A stretch of 64,000 nucleotides of DNA from Bilabrum cf. latius (lineage: Eukaryota), in contig OZ237750.1 of the NCBI GenBank assembly GCA_965178125.1, positions 186,001 to 250,000 on the forward strand. Reading direction: 5' to 3'. Numbering within the stretch: the first letter of the stretch is position 1; every line of letters begins with the position of its first letter. The notes below the pieces were generated by a model. That model saw nothing but the letters and a program-made list of their open reading frames with translations. It did no database searches and was not told the origin of the DNA. The translations under genes were made by a program, and so were the position numbers. Of the stretch, positions 27,920-40,601 are shown one piece after another.

Positions 27920-29955
27920 TCAAGAAGCAGCCTCAGCAGCCAGGTCTCCGAAGAGGTAGGACCACGGCACGAACATGTGCTGGTCCCAGAAGTCGCACTT
28001 GTCCTTCTTCAGCCCAGTCACAGTGGTCAGATTGGCGCCAACGTCCAGCTGCATCGCCACGTCGGTCGCATTCGTGTAGGCCGGCCACGCCGGGTCACCC
28101 TCCGAGGACGGCACCCCGTTGGTCGCGAAATTCGTCCAGTACCTCACGAAGCTCTTGCCCAGCTCCTTCTCCGCGTCATCCCACATGCCGATGGTCAGGT
28201 CAAACACGCCCAGCAGCTCGCTCCCGTGGCACACGCCCAGCCTCTCGTCGGGGTCCACGGCCTGCACCAGGTCGATCACCAGCCAGGGGTGCTGGAAGAA
28301 ATACAAGAAGCTCTTGGAGCTCGTGCCCGCGTTCTGGTACGCGACATTGGCCCAGCGAGCTGTTCGTCGGGCGACGCAGGACATCTGCACATCGCTGAAC
28401 ACGTGGTTTGCCGCCCACCAGTTGTCTACATAGTCGGAAGGGGGATACACGTTATAGGCCAGCTTGCCGACCTCATCGCCCAGCTGCTGGTTCAGGTAGG
28501 CCCTGTACTCCGCATCGCTCGCGTTGTGCTTCAGGGACCCAAGGAAAAGTGTCCCCTCGTCGGCGTTGGATCCGAACAGCACGTCCGCGTTCGGGTTCAT
28601 GCCGCCGCGCTGGGCGATCCGGAATGGCAGGTCGTCCAGCTCCACGCCGTCCACCACGGGTGCCCACGTGAGCAGTCCACCGACAAATCCGTGCCCCGCT
28701 GCCTGGATCTCGGACATGTTCTTGCTGCGCATGCACGCGATCACCTCGGCTGGGGTGGAATCCACGTGTCCCGCCCCATCTTCGGACGAATCCGACTTGT
28801 TGCAGCCCAGGTTGTGCGCCAGGTGGTCGAACTTGGTCTGCGCGTACTCGAACGGCTGCGCGATCCACTGCGCCTCTGGCCCGCTCTCCGCGATGGCCCG
28901 GTTGTACAGGCCCCAGGACCGCTTGTTGATCAGGTGGTTCGACACGCTCCCCGCCCCCGCACTCTCCCCAAAGATCGTGAAGCGAGACACGTCCCCACCG
29001 ATGGCAGGGGCGATTTCCCGGAGCACCCTCATGGCCTCCCTCTGGTCCTGCAGCCCGAAGTTGCCCGTGGAGCCGTCGGGAGACTCGCTCTGCAGCTGGG
29101 CCGAGCCCAAGAAGCCGAACTCGTTGAGGCGGTAGTTGGCGGTGCTGCGGTGTAATGAGCGAAGTAAGGTTGAACAATGGCAACGAGCTGCGAAATCCCG
29201 CTGCCCATCGACGTCAGCACCCTCGCCTGTCTTGAAAGTCATTGCGCGCGATAGAGCCAATCGAACTACTAGCTTACACAATAATTACATCATCGACAAG
29301 ACTTTCGTCCTCGTATCCCCAGTACAGCGGAAACGATGCGGATCCTGTTTCCCACGAGCCTCCGTAGAAGAAAAGCATGATTGGGAACCCACCAGGTGGT
29401 ATTGGCTTGTTTGGAGCGTACACCTGCGGTCAATAAATTCATTTGTTGCACGAGCCATTCATGAACTGCTCCCAAGCCAGAGCGCAACGAATGCCAACAG
29501 TTGCAGTTGCTCACGTTCATATATAGGCAATCCTCGCTTGGCGTCGAACCAATGGTAAAGGTGTTGGAAGCCTATGGGCAGGGATCTTTGAATTGCTAAG
29601 CATTGTACGGCTGGCTTGGGAACCGTGATAAGTTCTAGGGGGCTTGCCAGCGAAGATCTCCAACTGGAGGTCGAGCAAAAGGAAGTCCGAGAAATGTCCG
29701 AGTCAAGCCGCCATTTGCCAGTGAACCTACCATAGTACCCAGCTTGGTAGCCACTGAAGTTGTGTTCGTGCTGATTAAGGAGCTTGGAGGGGGCATTCGA
29801 GCTCCGATAGCTGCATTGATGGCACCAACTGAGCTTGCTCCCTTGCGCTTCGCTTCTGCCATTGCACTTTGGAGCTATTGAATCACCTCATTCTTATGTG
29901 ATTCTACACAATTCACTAGCGCTACCGTGAAAACGACGAGAAGTCTGATCAGCAT
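27920..29955 (-). CDS. Type-B carboxylesterase (paralogue 2, inverted)
   Basis: Same exon structure as paralogue 1; last exon largely near-identical to 14433-15620; TAG at 29875, 29635 and 29572 read as Gln; ends TGA. Confidence 0.92.
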
Positions 29956-30656
29956 GGTTGTGAAGGTGTATACTGGAGGAACGACTCGGACTTGATCCTG
30001 CAAGGATTGTGACAATAGGAACAATCCGTCTGGGTCGTGAGGGAGGCGGAGGACGGCGAGGGGTGAGAGCAGGATCAGACCAGGTGGAGCTGCACATGGT
30101 GGCCCCACTGGCAAGGTGTGACGAGAGAGCATAACAGGCAGTGGGACCTTGTGGCACTCAAGTGGCCGCGGATGATCCTGCGATTCCTGGGGAACACTCT
30201 TTAATTTCTTGATGCAAGGTTGGAGAACCCCCTTTCGGAATCACAGGGTCTAATCTCCACTGCTTGTATTGAGTCGTTCAATTCGTTCAATTCGTTTACT
30301 ATGAGACAAATCCACTGTATGAGCCTGTCTCAGGTGGTAGGGATTTCACCCTTTCAAAATGAAATTCCTCATGAGGCTACACTGGCTTCGTGCAGGTCTT
30401 GCAGTGCGGCACCCGAACAGGCAGGCTGACTGCTGGGCCAACTGTGGATGGAACCTAGTGGCACGGCGCTCATTCTGTACTGGTTTGATATCTACCAGCC
30501 AGCACTAAGACCCGCAATATTTCGTTCCCGAACAGGTGGATATCTAGGTCAACCTGAAGCACTGGATAAAGGACGACCCACTGGCATTGGCATCCTGGAT
30601 ATGTGCATGCATTCGCAAGGCGCGCTTCAAAGCAGCTGGCGGATCACACGACCATA

Positions 30657-32059
30657 TCAGGTTCTCCCCGCCGCAGCCATGGCATATCCTTTCGCTATCC
30701 TGCACATGCGAGCCAGCAGCCCGTGGATCTGGAGCCTGGACCCGCACCCGTCAAGCACCCTCATCTGCGTGTACCCCACCTCGCGCAGGAAGTCCAAGAG
30801 AACGTTCTCTGGAAGGTTCACCGACGCCGGGTTGGCACGGATGACTCGAAACAGCGTCCCCACGATGTCGATGGCCGCGTAGCCCTTCATATAAAGCGCG
30901 GTCATGCCCTTGAATGCGCGGTCAAAATCGCAGTCTCTCGCGGCGCACACTACGTCCTCCACTGCCCTCGGGTGCGGCTGGTCGCACACCTTGTACACGT
31001 TCTCCTCAGAAACCATCCCGAATCCCGCCACGGTGCTCTGCAAGTTGTTCAAGGCGTGCCTCATGTCACCCTCGGCCGTGAACAGGATCGCCTCGAGCCC
31101 CTTGTCGCCTTGGTCCCTGACCACCTTTTCCATCTCGCACACCTCCACCAGTCTCCTGAGGATCTAGGCGTTGGAAAGGCGGGAATAACGGAGAACGGCG
31201 CACCTGCTCTGTATGGGCTCGATGATCTTGGTGCTGTTGTTGCAGGCCAGCGCGAACCTTGTTGTGTGGGAGTAGATCTCCATAGTGCGACGGAGGGCCT
31301 GCTGCGCTGCTGACGTCATGGAGTCTGCCTCGTCCAAGATGACGAGCTTGTGCCTTCCCGGGGGAAGGGTGACTCTTCTCTAAGCGAATGACTTGATCTT
31401 CCCCCGGATCACGTCGATGCCACGGTCGTCCGACGCGTTGAGCTCCAGGACAGCGTCCCTCATCGCTGGGCCGAGGAGTGCCCTGGCCAGGCACAGCACG
31501 CTCGTGGTCTTGCCTGTGCCTGGGGGTCCCTGCAATACGCGGTTAATCTTCTTCTCAATGCAATTTAAAGGTGCCATGTTGAAGCAAAAAGGGTCTCGTT
31601 GTGGGCAGGCTTGTCCCTATCGGAAATACTCACGGCAAGAATAACGTTGTTCATATTGCCCTGAGCAGCAATCACCTTCAATCGCTCCACGATAGCTTCA
31701 TTGCCGACTATATCTTTCAACTGCATACGGATAGACATCGGCAAATTTCTCATTTGTACGGTCTGATACGCTAGTGGATGCTAGCGAGCACATTGTAATC
31801 TGCGAGTGCTCCTCACTTCCAGTGGACGATATTTTTCGACCCAAGGAGCCTCTAAATCACCCGATATTGTAGACTTAGATCCCGCTGCTGACGAGGACGA
31901 GCTTGATGCAGACTTTCCAGCGCCGGAGCTCGGAGCAGGCTTTCCTTCGGCTTCGGGAAGGCTAGGTGCAGCAACACTTTTTGATGGCTCATCTGACTCC
32001 ATTGCTGCTGCTCCCGATCCTGTCTTGGCTTTACTTTCGGCGACTCCCACCGAAGCCAT
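30657..32059 (-). CDS. RFC2: Replication factor C small subunit (human RFC2 / yeast Rfc4)
   Basis: [32 protein letters not shown](TAG)[34 protein letters not shown]; two introns; two in-frame TAGs at conserved Gln. Confidence 0.95.
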
Positions 32060-32182
32060 CTTAAGGGCTCCTGCTAACGTGTTTTACTAGTTTTTGATGG
32101 TCTAGTTGCTTTTGAAAATGTGAGGCACCTAATGTTTCGATCGGAGCTGCAAACTTGGGCTGCTTACAAAACAGGCTACAAG

Positions 32183-33008
32183 ATGGGTGTATATGCAGTT
32201 TACTGCACATTGTGCGTTGTATTTGCGGCACTGGCGTTTGGATAGCCGAGAATACCAGCACGATTCTCTGCAAACGTGACCATTGAGTCCCACTTGCTCG
32301 ATAAGGTGAGACGGTGAAAACACATTGCCTCTGATTAGCACTCGCAGTAATATGCTTCATGATATACAATGTGTCATGTTAGCACTATAAAAGATGAATC
32401 CCTTGCAGTCATTGAAGTATCCTCCTTGGAAGTCAACAATGGAGTTGCTTTACGATGGCCAGAACCGCAGGGCCAGACTGCAGGTTTTCTCGGGCTTAAA
32501 CGAAGGCAAGACATATTACAGACTGTTTGACCGCAAGAAAGAATACATGATTACAGGGGGTTCAATGCCCGACTGCGTGCGAGAATACCTCGCGGAGAAG
32601 ATGCCGGTACCCAAGCTTCCTGACGGATTGGCGCAGCTGGATAGTTCGCAGGATCTGGACATTGGTGGGGTGTCGTGCAGCGCATGGGAAGTATCTCTCG
32701 AAGATGGACTCGAAATTGTCCGTGTTTGGGCAGACAAGCAGTCCGGCGTTGTCCTCAGGCTCACGGACTTTGGTGAGGTGGATGCAACAGGCACCATGGG
32801 GCCTCTCATGACCTACACTCTAACCAATGTGAGGCTGTTCCCTGACGCCAGCAGCAGTGATGCCGAGAGTGCAGATGCCTCGGCACCTGGGGGCGGGCTG
32901 GCGCCCCTCCGATTTGACCTGCCTGACCCCTGGACGCACAACACGTGCGACAGGCAGGTGGGCGGGCAGCCGTGGCTGCACCTGCTGCACCACTACTTGA
33001 TGATTTGA
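32183..33008 (+). CDS. Secreted protein, possibly ependymin-related fold
   Basis: Signal peptide MGVYAVYCTLCVVFAALAFG(TAG)PRIPARFSANV; intron ~32306-32408; LYDGQNRRAR, IGGVSCSAW; ends TGA. Confidence 0.5.
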
Positions 33009-33203
33009 GACGATTTTTGAACTGAGGAAAATACAGGGAACTATGATTTGGTGAAGCTTTGGTTTGATAGAGCATCACCGGTGTCGTACGTCGAAAAGGC
33101 ACTCGCGGTTAGGTACGGATCATGCACTCGAATGCCACACAGACACGAACTCAGCTCAACTTTATGCACCACGACTCTTTGCTCATCCCATCAGGTCAGT
33201 ATT

Positions 33204-35618
33204 TTAGAAGTACGGAAACTGCTTCACGGGCTAACTCGATGACGCGTCCCCCGCGGCCCCACCTGCCGCGGTCCTCGATGTCCCTGGCCCTGCCTTTGCC
33301 CCGCCGCCTGACTTGAGCATAGATACGTCAACGCCGTCGTTAGGGAGCTGCACGGTGCGCGGCGCCAGCTTCCGAATGGCGTTGATCGCGCTAGGCTGGC
33401 CTCTGCTGGCGGCTACTTGCTCCCCGGGCTTAACCGGCTTCCCGTCTTTGCCCACCCTCTGTGCCCTGACCAGGGTATCATCGGGCCCGCTGACCCCGAC
33501 CTCTTCGACGACCGCGGGGCTAGAGCCCCCCTTGTCCTAGTTCTTCTCCTTCTCCGAGGAATCCTCGCCTGTGTCCCCGTCACCGCCTCCTGAGCCGCTG
33601 TTCCCTGCACCCTCGCCGGACTCACCCGCCCTCTTGCGGTGCGCTGCTCCGAGGAAGGCGCCAACCAGCTCGTCCTCATCGGCCCTGTTCCTCGCCTCTG
33701 CAGCCTACTTCCCGTCCTGAGCAGCCTGCAGCGAACGTTCGTCGTCAAGAGGGTCATCGTCCGAGTGGCTTCTCCTCCTAATGTCCCGGCCCGCGGTGGC
33801 GGTCCCCCCTGCCGCGCTGCTCCCAAAGCGGTTGTTCCCTGGGCCCGTCCCCTTCACGTCAGCCCCCGGCCGAGTGCTGGTGGTTGACCCCAAACCCTTG
33901 AGGGGTGGCAGGGACCCGCCTCCCCTGCCCCCCGCTAGGGGTCCGCCCGTCCCCAAACCAGCCCCACTGCCCCCTTGGCCCGCGTAGGTTCCCGGGGCTA
34001 CATAGGGCGGCTGGCCAAACCCGCCCCCCCCACCGTATCCTCCACCATAGCCCCCACCGTACCCCCCAGGGGCCGCCCCCGGCGCGGGGTAGAAGTTCCC
34101 CTGCGCGTCCTGACTGCTTCCGTCCGGATACCAGTAGTTCCCCTGAGTGTCGGTGCACCCCCCCTGCTCGTCCCAGTAGTTCCCCTGGGCGTCGTACCCA
34201 ACGGAAGAGGCGGCGCTTGCACCTGCATACGATGCACCCTGGGGAACACCGTAGGACTGGGCCTGCGGCGGCTGCGGCTGTAGGTACGACGGCGTGACGG
34301 AAGGGGTGTTGGCGCGGCTTCCCAGCTGCTGAGAGCTGGCAGCGGAACCGCCCCGCTGCGGAAGGCCCCCACTTTGCTTAGATTCCATGTCCTTTTTTGC
34401 GGCTGCGAGTCGGAGGGCCATGGCAGCTGCCAGATCCCCTTCTTCCTGCGCAGCCGTGATGCTGGCCCTCCTGCCCTTGCCATTGCCGCCGTTCTCGCTC
34501 TCTTCCTCGTCTTCGTCCTCGCTGTCGGTGGCGTCAAGCCACTGCGCCGCGGCGTCGGTGCGCTTCTTCTTGTACCTTCCCTTTTCATCTTCATCTTCGC
34601 TCCCTCCCTCTCCCTCCCCGTCCTCACCCGCCGCCTCGCCCTCGGCGCCCCCCTCGTCGAGCCCTGCTGCCCTCCGCTGCTCCATCCTCTCCATCTCAAG
34701 GAGAACCTCCGAGTGCAGGTCCAGGACGTGTGCCTTGGCAAACAAAAAGAAAGACGCGTTCGATGTCAGTGACCTGAGAGCGATGGCTAGCCGGGTCCAT
34801 CCAAGGGCGGCAACAAACGCGTGCGCGAGATAGGCCGCCGTGAGTCCCCCGCTGAACCTGGCCTGCAGGTGCTCTGCAAGCCCTAAAGCGAGCACGTGAG
34901 CGAACACAGCAGCAGCGACCAGCGTCGCCCACCACCCGGAGAAGCTGACGATGCTCCGGTTCTTGTTGAGCAGCCCGCAGGTCATGACCGGCAGGAGCAG
35001 TAGTGCGAGCACCAGCTCGATCACAGGGAGGGCGAGGGCGGCTTCGAATGCGCCGGCCTCCTCCACGCTCGAGGTCGACGCGAGCGAGGTGATCGAGTTC
35101 GAATCCTCCTGCGCCGCCGCGGCGTCCAGCGAACCGTCGACGGCCGTGAGGTCCTCGCCGCTATCGATCGCTTTCGCAATCGCAGAATCGTCTGCGCCTG
35201 CCGGGTTCTCATTCGACACCGGATCAGGGCGACCCATGGAGCCCTCCACGGCGATGAGAATGATAGAAGTGATCAGCAGTGCAGCCGTGCTGAGCAGCGC
35301 ATCGTAAAAGACGCGACGGACCTGCTATTCTTCCTTCTCATCTGCCACTGGTATCAAACCACAGGCCAGGATTACCGGGTCTCCGCTGGACGGATGGATT
35401 CCGATCGAGCCAACCGTAGTTTCACGGGGATCGTTGTCAGGCGTCACCCCTTCAAAGGGAGCGAGCGCAACGTACGGCTGCATAGATTCTTGTTTTGCTG
35501 CGCGCTTTCCTCCGCTGGCACCCCTGTTTGCTCGGCTGTCAGTGGCTGATGCAGCACCATCGCCATCGCCCTCGCTTCTGCCTGATCTGGCGCTATCACC
35601 GCCTTTGCGACCCGACAT
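33204..35618 (-). CDS. Hypothetical membrane protein (~804 aa; several TM segments, acidic and Gly/Tyr/Gln-rich low-complexity tail)
   Basis: One frame through TAGs at 35325, 33705, ~33537 and 33231, ending at TAA 33204-33206. Confidence 0.7.
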
Positions 35619-36108
35619 GGTGGACCAAACAGATTAACAGATATATAAGTATGGGGCTACGTGGTGTGGTTATTTACGTTGGGGTCCACAGATGCAGCAA
35701 TCAACGGACAAAAGCCGTCAAACAAACGAACGAATGCTGGTGAGCGTTCGGTGCTGGCGTGCGGTCGCAACCGTTCACACACCCCTGGCTGAACTTTTCA
35801 ATGGTCGCTGTGGCAGATAAGAGAGAGATTCTTCATGTTTTGCATCAGCATCGGGCTCGACGCCTCGTGTGCGATGCGACAAACGCACGCGAGTGTTGCA
35901 AGAAGGTAATCGCACTTCGATTCAGTTCGCACTGCAAGAGCCAACCCCACCCGTCCGAGAGCGCGTTCAGGATTCTGTATGCCCTGACGCTACCCCTCCA
36001 ATGTATCATACTGCAGGCTTTCATGCAGCCTCGGTGATGATCCCCAAATACCCGTACTTTGCTAGCTGATGCGACACCTTCCACCGAATCAACGTCAAGC
36101 CGTGCTGC

Positions 36109-36848
36109 TTACTGGATGGAACCAGCAGCAGAGGCGATACGCGGCCAGATGTCGGCGCACTCCTTCGCCACGGGGCCAGTGATAGCAGATCCCTTCATGT
36201 CACCCTTGGGGCTGACAATCACGCCGGCGTTGTCCTCGAACCCGATGAACACACCGTCGGGACGGCGCCACATCTTGCGCTGGCGCACGATAACAGCGGG
36301 GTGCACCTTCTTCCTAAGCTCAGGCTTACCCTTCTTCACGGTCGCCAACACGTAGTCACCGACAGCTGCGAACGAGCGGGGGCAGATGCAGCACAAGGGC
36401 AAGTGCAGTAAGAATGTCTCTTTTCAACTGCATAACAAATCCAAAACGCTATGCCAGCTAGCAACTATGAGGAGTGGTATGTCAAAAACAAACTTGTCAT
36501 CGAAATCTCCTCACAGGCGGCGGGCAGACGGTTCAACCTAGCTCCGATGCCAGATACGGCAATGATGTACAGGTTCTTGGCCCCGGTGTTGTCCGCGCAG
36601 TTCAGCACGGCACCGTTGGGGAGACCGAGAGTCATACGGATCTTGGCGCCTGCGATAACTTTACGGAGAGCTAAAAATTCGCTTGGAAGAGGTGAATTGC
36701 ATGTCTCTCTACGATTCGACCATCGTCAAGGCCAGCTGCACTGCAGCCTACGAAGTTCTCCTGCGTATTGTCCGGACTAAATGATTTTCATATGTGCATA
36801 TTCTCTATACTAACCTGTAGCCCCTCCGCGTCCACGCTTGGAAGCCAT
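36109..36848 (-). CDS. RPL23: 60S ribosomal protein L23 (uL14)
   Basis: MASKRGRGG ... [21 protein letters not shown] ... [26 protein letters not shown]...[32 protein letters not shown]; two introns; ends TAA. Confidence 0.97.
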
Positions 36849-37216
36849 ATTACCAGAAAATAGTTTCTGTTGACGATTGCTGGTTGTATCTGGTAATTTG
36901 GATCGGATCAAGTGTAACCCTATCAAATGCGCGGCGCCGGCGGCGGATCCGAAGCGGAACCATCTTGAAGCAACCATTTCGATTCGTACATGGTATGCGA
37001 TACAAATGTGCAGGACGATTTTTTCGTAAGTCAATGGAGCATTTACGAACTAGAATCGGCTGCATTTGATTCCTGTTGCGAAGTACTCGCAAGAATGCAG
37101 AGATATGCAGATTGGGGCTGACGTGGACATTGTGACAGCCTTGTGTACAACATCTTGTGTTCGCAGCACCGTTTGGAGTTCTTTACTGCTTTCATTAGTC
37201 CGACAGATCACTAAAA

Positions 37217-40200
37217 ATGTCTAGTATATGCGAAAAAGGCGGAGGATTCGAAGCTAGAGAGGCAGACCATGTCTAGCACTTCTCAACCCTCATGGTTGGG
37301 GCCGGTGCAGCAGCAAGGTCAACTCTTTCCACTATGGATGAGAATGGTTTTCGCAGCCCACTGTTGTTAGTGGCCCGCGACGTGCCACCTTTGCGTTCTG
37401 ACGCGGACGAACCATCTCCGCATGACGAGGCAGCGCTGCAAGTGGCAGGCGTAGGTGCTCGCCCACCTAGGAAAGGCTCCCTTCAGGAGGCCCTCGTGCG
37501 AGCCACTCGGGAATGGATGCACAGGAAAAATCACGTTCGCGAGCTCCGCAGCCGGCTGGAGCAGGAGAGCGCCGGCGATGGAGCAGCCCGAGCAGTTGCT
37601 CCGGAGCACGCCTCGCTCGTTCGCTGCTTCGACGTCACGACGCGGAGCGGAGATGCTGCTGCTGATGGACAATCTAGCTATGGAAAACCTGAACAAGAGA
37701 AGAAAACCGCGTGTTTCGCGCTGGGGGCAACGGTCGTGCAGCTGGATGCGAGGGGCAGGACGGCCGGCCTCGACGACGGCGAGCGAGTGAGGTATGACGA
37801 GTGCCTGCTCGCCACGGGCAGTGTCGACATGTCGGCTGGCCTGCGGGAGCACGTGGCTGACGAACGTTCCATGAGGTTCGTTGGCGGGATCCGCACGTGG
37901 GAAGACCGGAAGAAGCTTCGCGGGCTGCTGGAGAGAGGCGGGGCTCACATCACGGTCGTGGGCGGGGGATGGGAAGGCGTGGCTCTAGCAAGCGCGGCGG
38001 TGGCCGACCGATTTTCAGCCAAGTCTCTAAAGCAGCAGAGGAGCCGAGCGCAGGGGGGTGCCTCAACTCGGAATCAAAACGGAGGCCCGGAGCAGGCGCG
38101 GGCCAAGGCGCAGGCAGGGGCGCGGGTCACGCTCGCATTCCCCGAGAGCTCCCCGCTGCGGCGCTCGTTGCCGCGCTACCTCTCTGCTCAGCTGGCGAAA
38201 GCACTCAAATCTTCGGGCGTGCACATATAGCCGTTCAGTTCCGTGTCCAAGGTGGAGGGATACCCGCCCCTCTACGTGCCCGGTCAGGGCGCGGCAACCC
38301 AGGTCAGGCGCAGGCGCAGGGGCAGGGGCAGGGCATAGGCAGGGGGCCAGTCGATGCACGCAGAGACGAGCACGGAGGCAGGCGGGTCACCATCGGAACG
38401 ATCGCATCCCAAGGCGGCCCAGGTGACCCTGCGACGAACGTTCGATGCGGCCCGCAGCGTGCGTGTGGTCACGGACCGGCTGGTTTTGGCGCCGTCGAGG
38501 TCCCCAGCTGACGTGTCGCTGGCCGCGGCAGGCAGGCCCGGCGACATTGGGAGCGTGGGCGGCCGCGTATCCCTGCCACGGCTGCAGCTTGAGCTAGATC
38601 CCCACTGCGGTGGGTTCGTGTGCAACCACGAGCTGTCTGTGTCGGGTGGGCTGTCGGTGGCAGGGGATGCTGCCTCCCTCTTCGTCCCTATCTTAGGGAG
38701 GAGGCGGCCGCAGGTGCTCGAAACCGCGGTGCTCACGGGCAGGCAGGCCGCTCTCAGGATTGCAGGGGAGGCTAGGGAACAAGCTGTTTCCAGGGAACAC
38801 GAGGAGCTGTCCAGAGGCCTGCCCTGCCGCCGAGTGATCCTGCCGTCGCTCGGACTGCGAGTGCACGAGGTGGGCGACTGCGACTCGTCGCTCGAGACGT
38901 GGGGGTTCTTCCTACCCGGGCCCGCAGGGAACAACGGTGGTTCGAAGGCGTGTGAGAAGCGGCAGGGGGCTGCATCAGGCACGCCGGTCCCGTCGACCGA
39001 GGCTGGCGATTCGGACCTGAGATAGTCTGCAGACAGCCGAGGTCCGCTGGAGCGAGCCATGATGCGGAGGAGTGGCAACCGTGTAGCGTCATCATCCAGC
39101 TGGTAGTCGCATTCGCCCGATGTGCAGGAGCAGGATCTCATGCCTCAGTACGCAGGGGAGAGCGGCGTGCGGAGCGTGCGGTTCGGCGACGATGCTAATA
39201 GCGACCCTTTCGGGACTGGCGGACGCAGCGAGAGGAAGCCTGGTGCGCGACGGGGTAGCAGGGGTGGCTCTATTTCAACCCGTTAGGGTGGGTCTAGTTC
39301 TCCCCTCGAGGGAAACGGGGTGTCGAACGGGGGTCAGGGGTCCGGGGGCCCCGCGATGCGAGACGGGGTCGTGTTTTACGTCAGGCACGGTAGCGTGGTG
39401 GGGAGCATGCTGTGGCGTAGGACCAGAAAGACTGGCGTTGAGGAGTGGTTGGCAGCGGAAAAGAGGCATGCTGTTGCCCTCGGGGTGGAGGAGAATGACG
39501 GCGATGGAAGTGCAGGTGGGAGCGGACGGGCCGGATCGGCATCGGTTGACAGCGGCGGGAGGACTTCATCATAGTCAGGAGACCACGAAACGGCGGCCAC
39601 CACGGCCCCGAACCCCACTTCGGATCCCGGGCTTGACCCCGAGATGGGGGCAGAGCCCGCTGTGTCGGTGATCCGATCCCTAATTGAGCGGACGTGCGCC
39701 GACCCGGTGCTGGTGAACGACGGCGACGACGCTGTTGCCGGCGAATGGGCACTCAGGGCACTGCTCGAGGGGGCCTCCGCGCGGGTGCTGGAGGAGGACG
39801 GGGCCATCGAGAGAGGGAGGGCCACCGGTGGATTGGTTCCGCTGCGGAGGGACGGCGCGGCGCCGCTGTGGTCGGCGCGAGATGGCAGGGTGTGCCAAAT
39901 GATGGGGCTGCCACCTGGCCCTGACGTGCAATACAGGCATCCCCACTCGGGTACGAACGTAGATGAAGCTGGTGCCGCCATTCGCGAGGCTAGCGATGCT
40001 CCAGTCAGGGGCATTGCGCCCTCGAACGGACTGGAGGCCTCGAAGACGATCTACTCTGCAGCCGCCATGGAGGCGAGGGGGGCGGTCGCACGGCGCTGGG
40101 GGCTACTAGAAGGAGCATTCAGATCTGACACGAGCTCATCTGAAGTCGCCCGAACGGAGGTTGGCGGCCGCGAGACGGAAGGTCCCTGCCCCGCATCCAC

Positions 40201-40450
40201 TTTGATTGCCCGGGGGCAAGCCTCCCCGCTGCGGCTGGTCAGTCGCTGGGAGCCAGCCGTGGAAATGCGGACGCAGAGTGGTAGGCGCAGGAAGATGGGC
40301 ATGGCCTCCAAACGAGGTGCAAGTGCTAGAGACGGGACCAGCGCGCTACAGTCTGCGGCCCGATGGGCAGGTGCAGAGGAGCTGATCCCAGCCCCGTCGA
40401 GCGTGGGCACGGTAAGACAGGTAGACGAGCAAGGCCAGATTCGGGTCTGA
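37217..40450 (+). CDS. Apoptosis-inducing factor (AIF)-like FAD-dependent oxidoreductase with long insertions
   Basis: VGAGAAA, YDECLLATGS, ITVVGGG, LPRYLS, LELDPHCGGFVCNHEL...VAGDAA....LGRRR and GVVFYVRHGSVVGSMLW match AIFM1-type motifs. Single frame through TAGs; 5' exon uncertain. Confidence 0.75.
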
Positions 40451-40601
40451 AAGGAAGGATCGGGCCAATCCTGGATAAGTCAGGCGATACCGATGACGGG
40501 CGTCACCTGGCAATTCTTGTTCACAGATACGTTATTCCTCGATCAGACGCAACAACACAGACAGCTCATCACGTCAATCGCCACACACGCCACAGCCTTC
40601 C

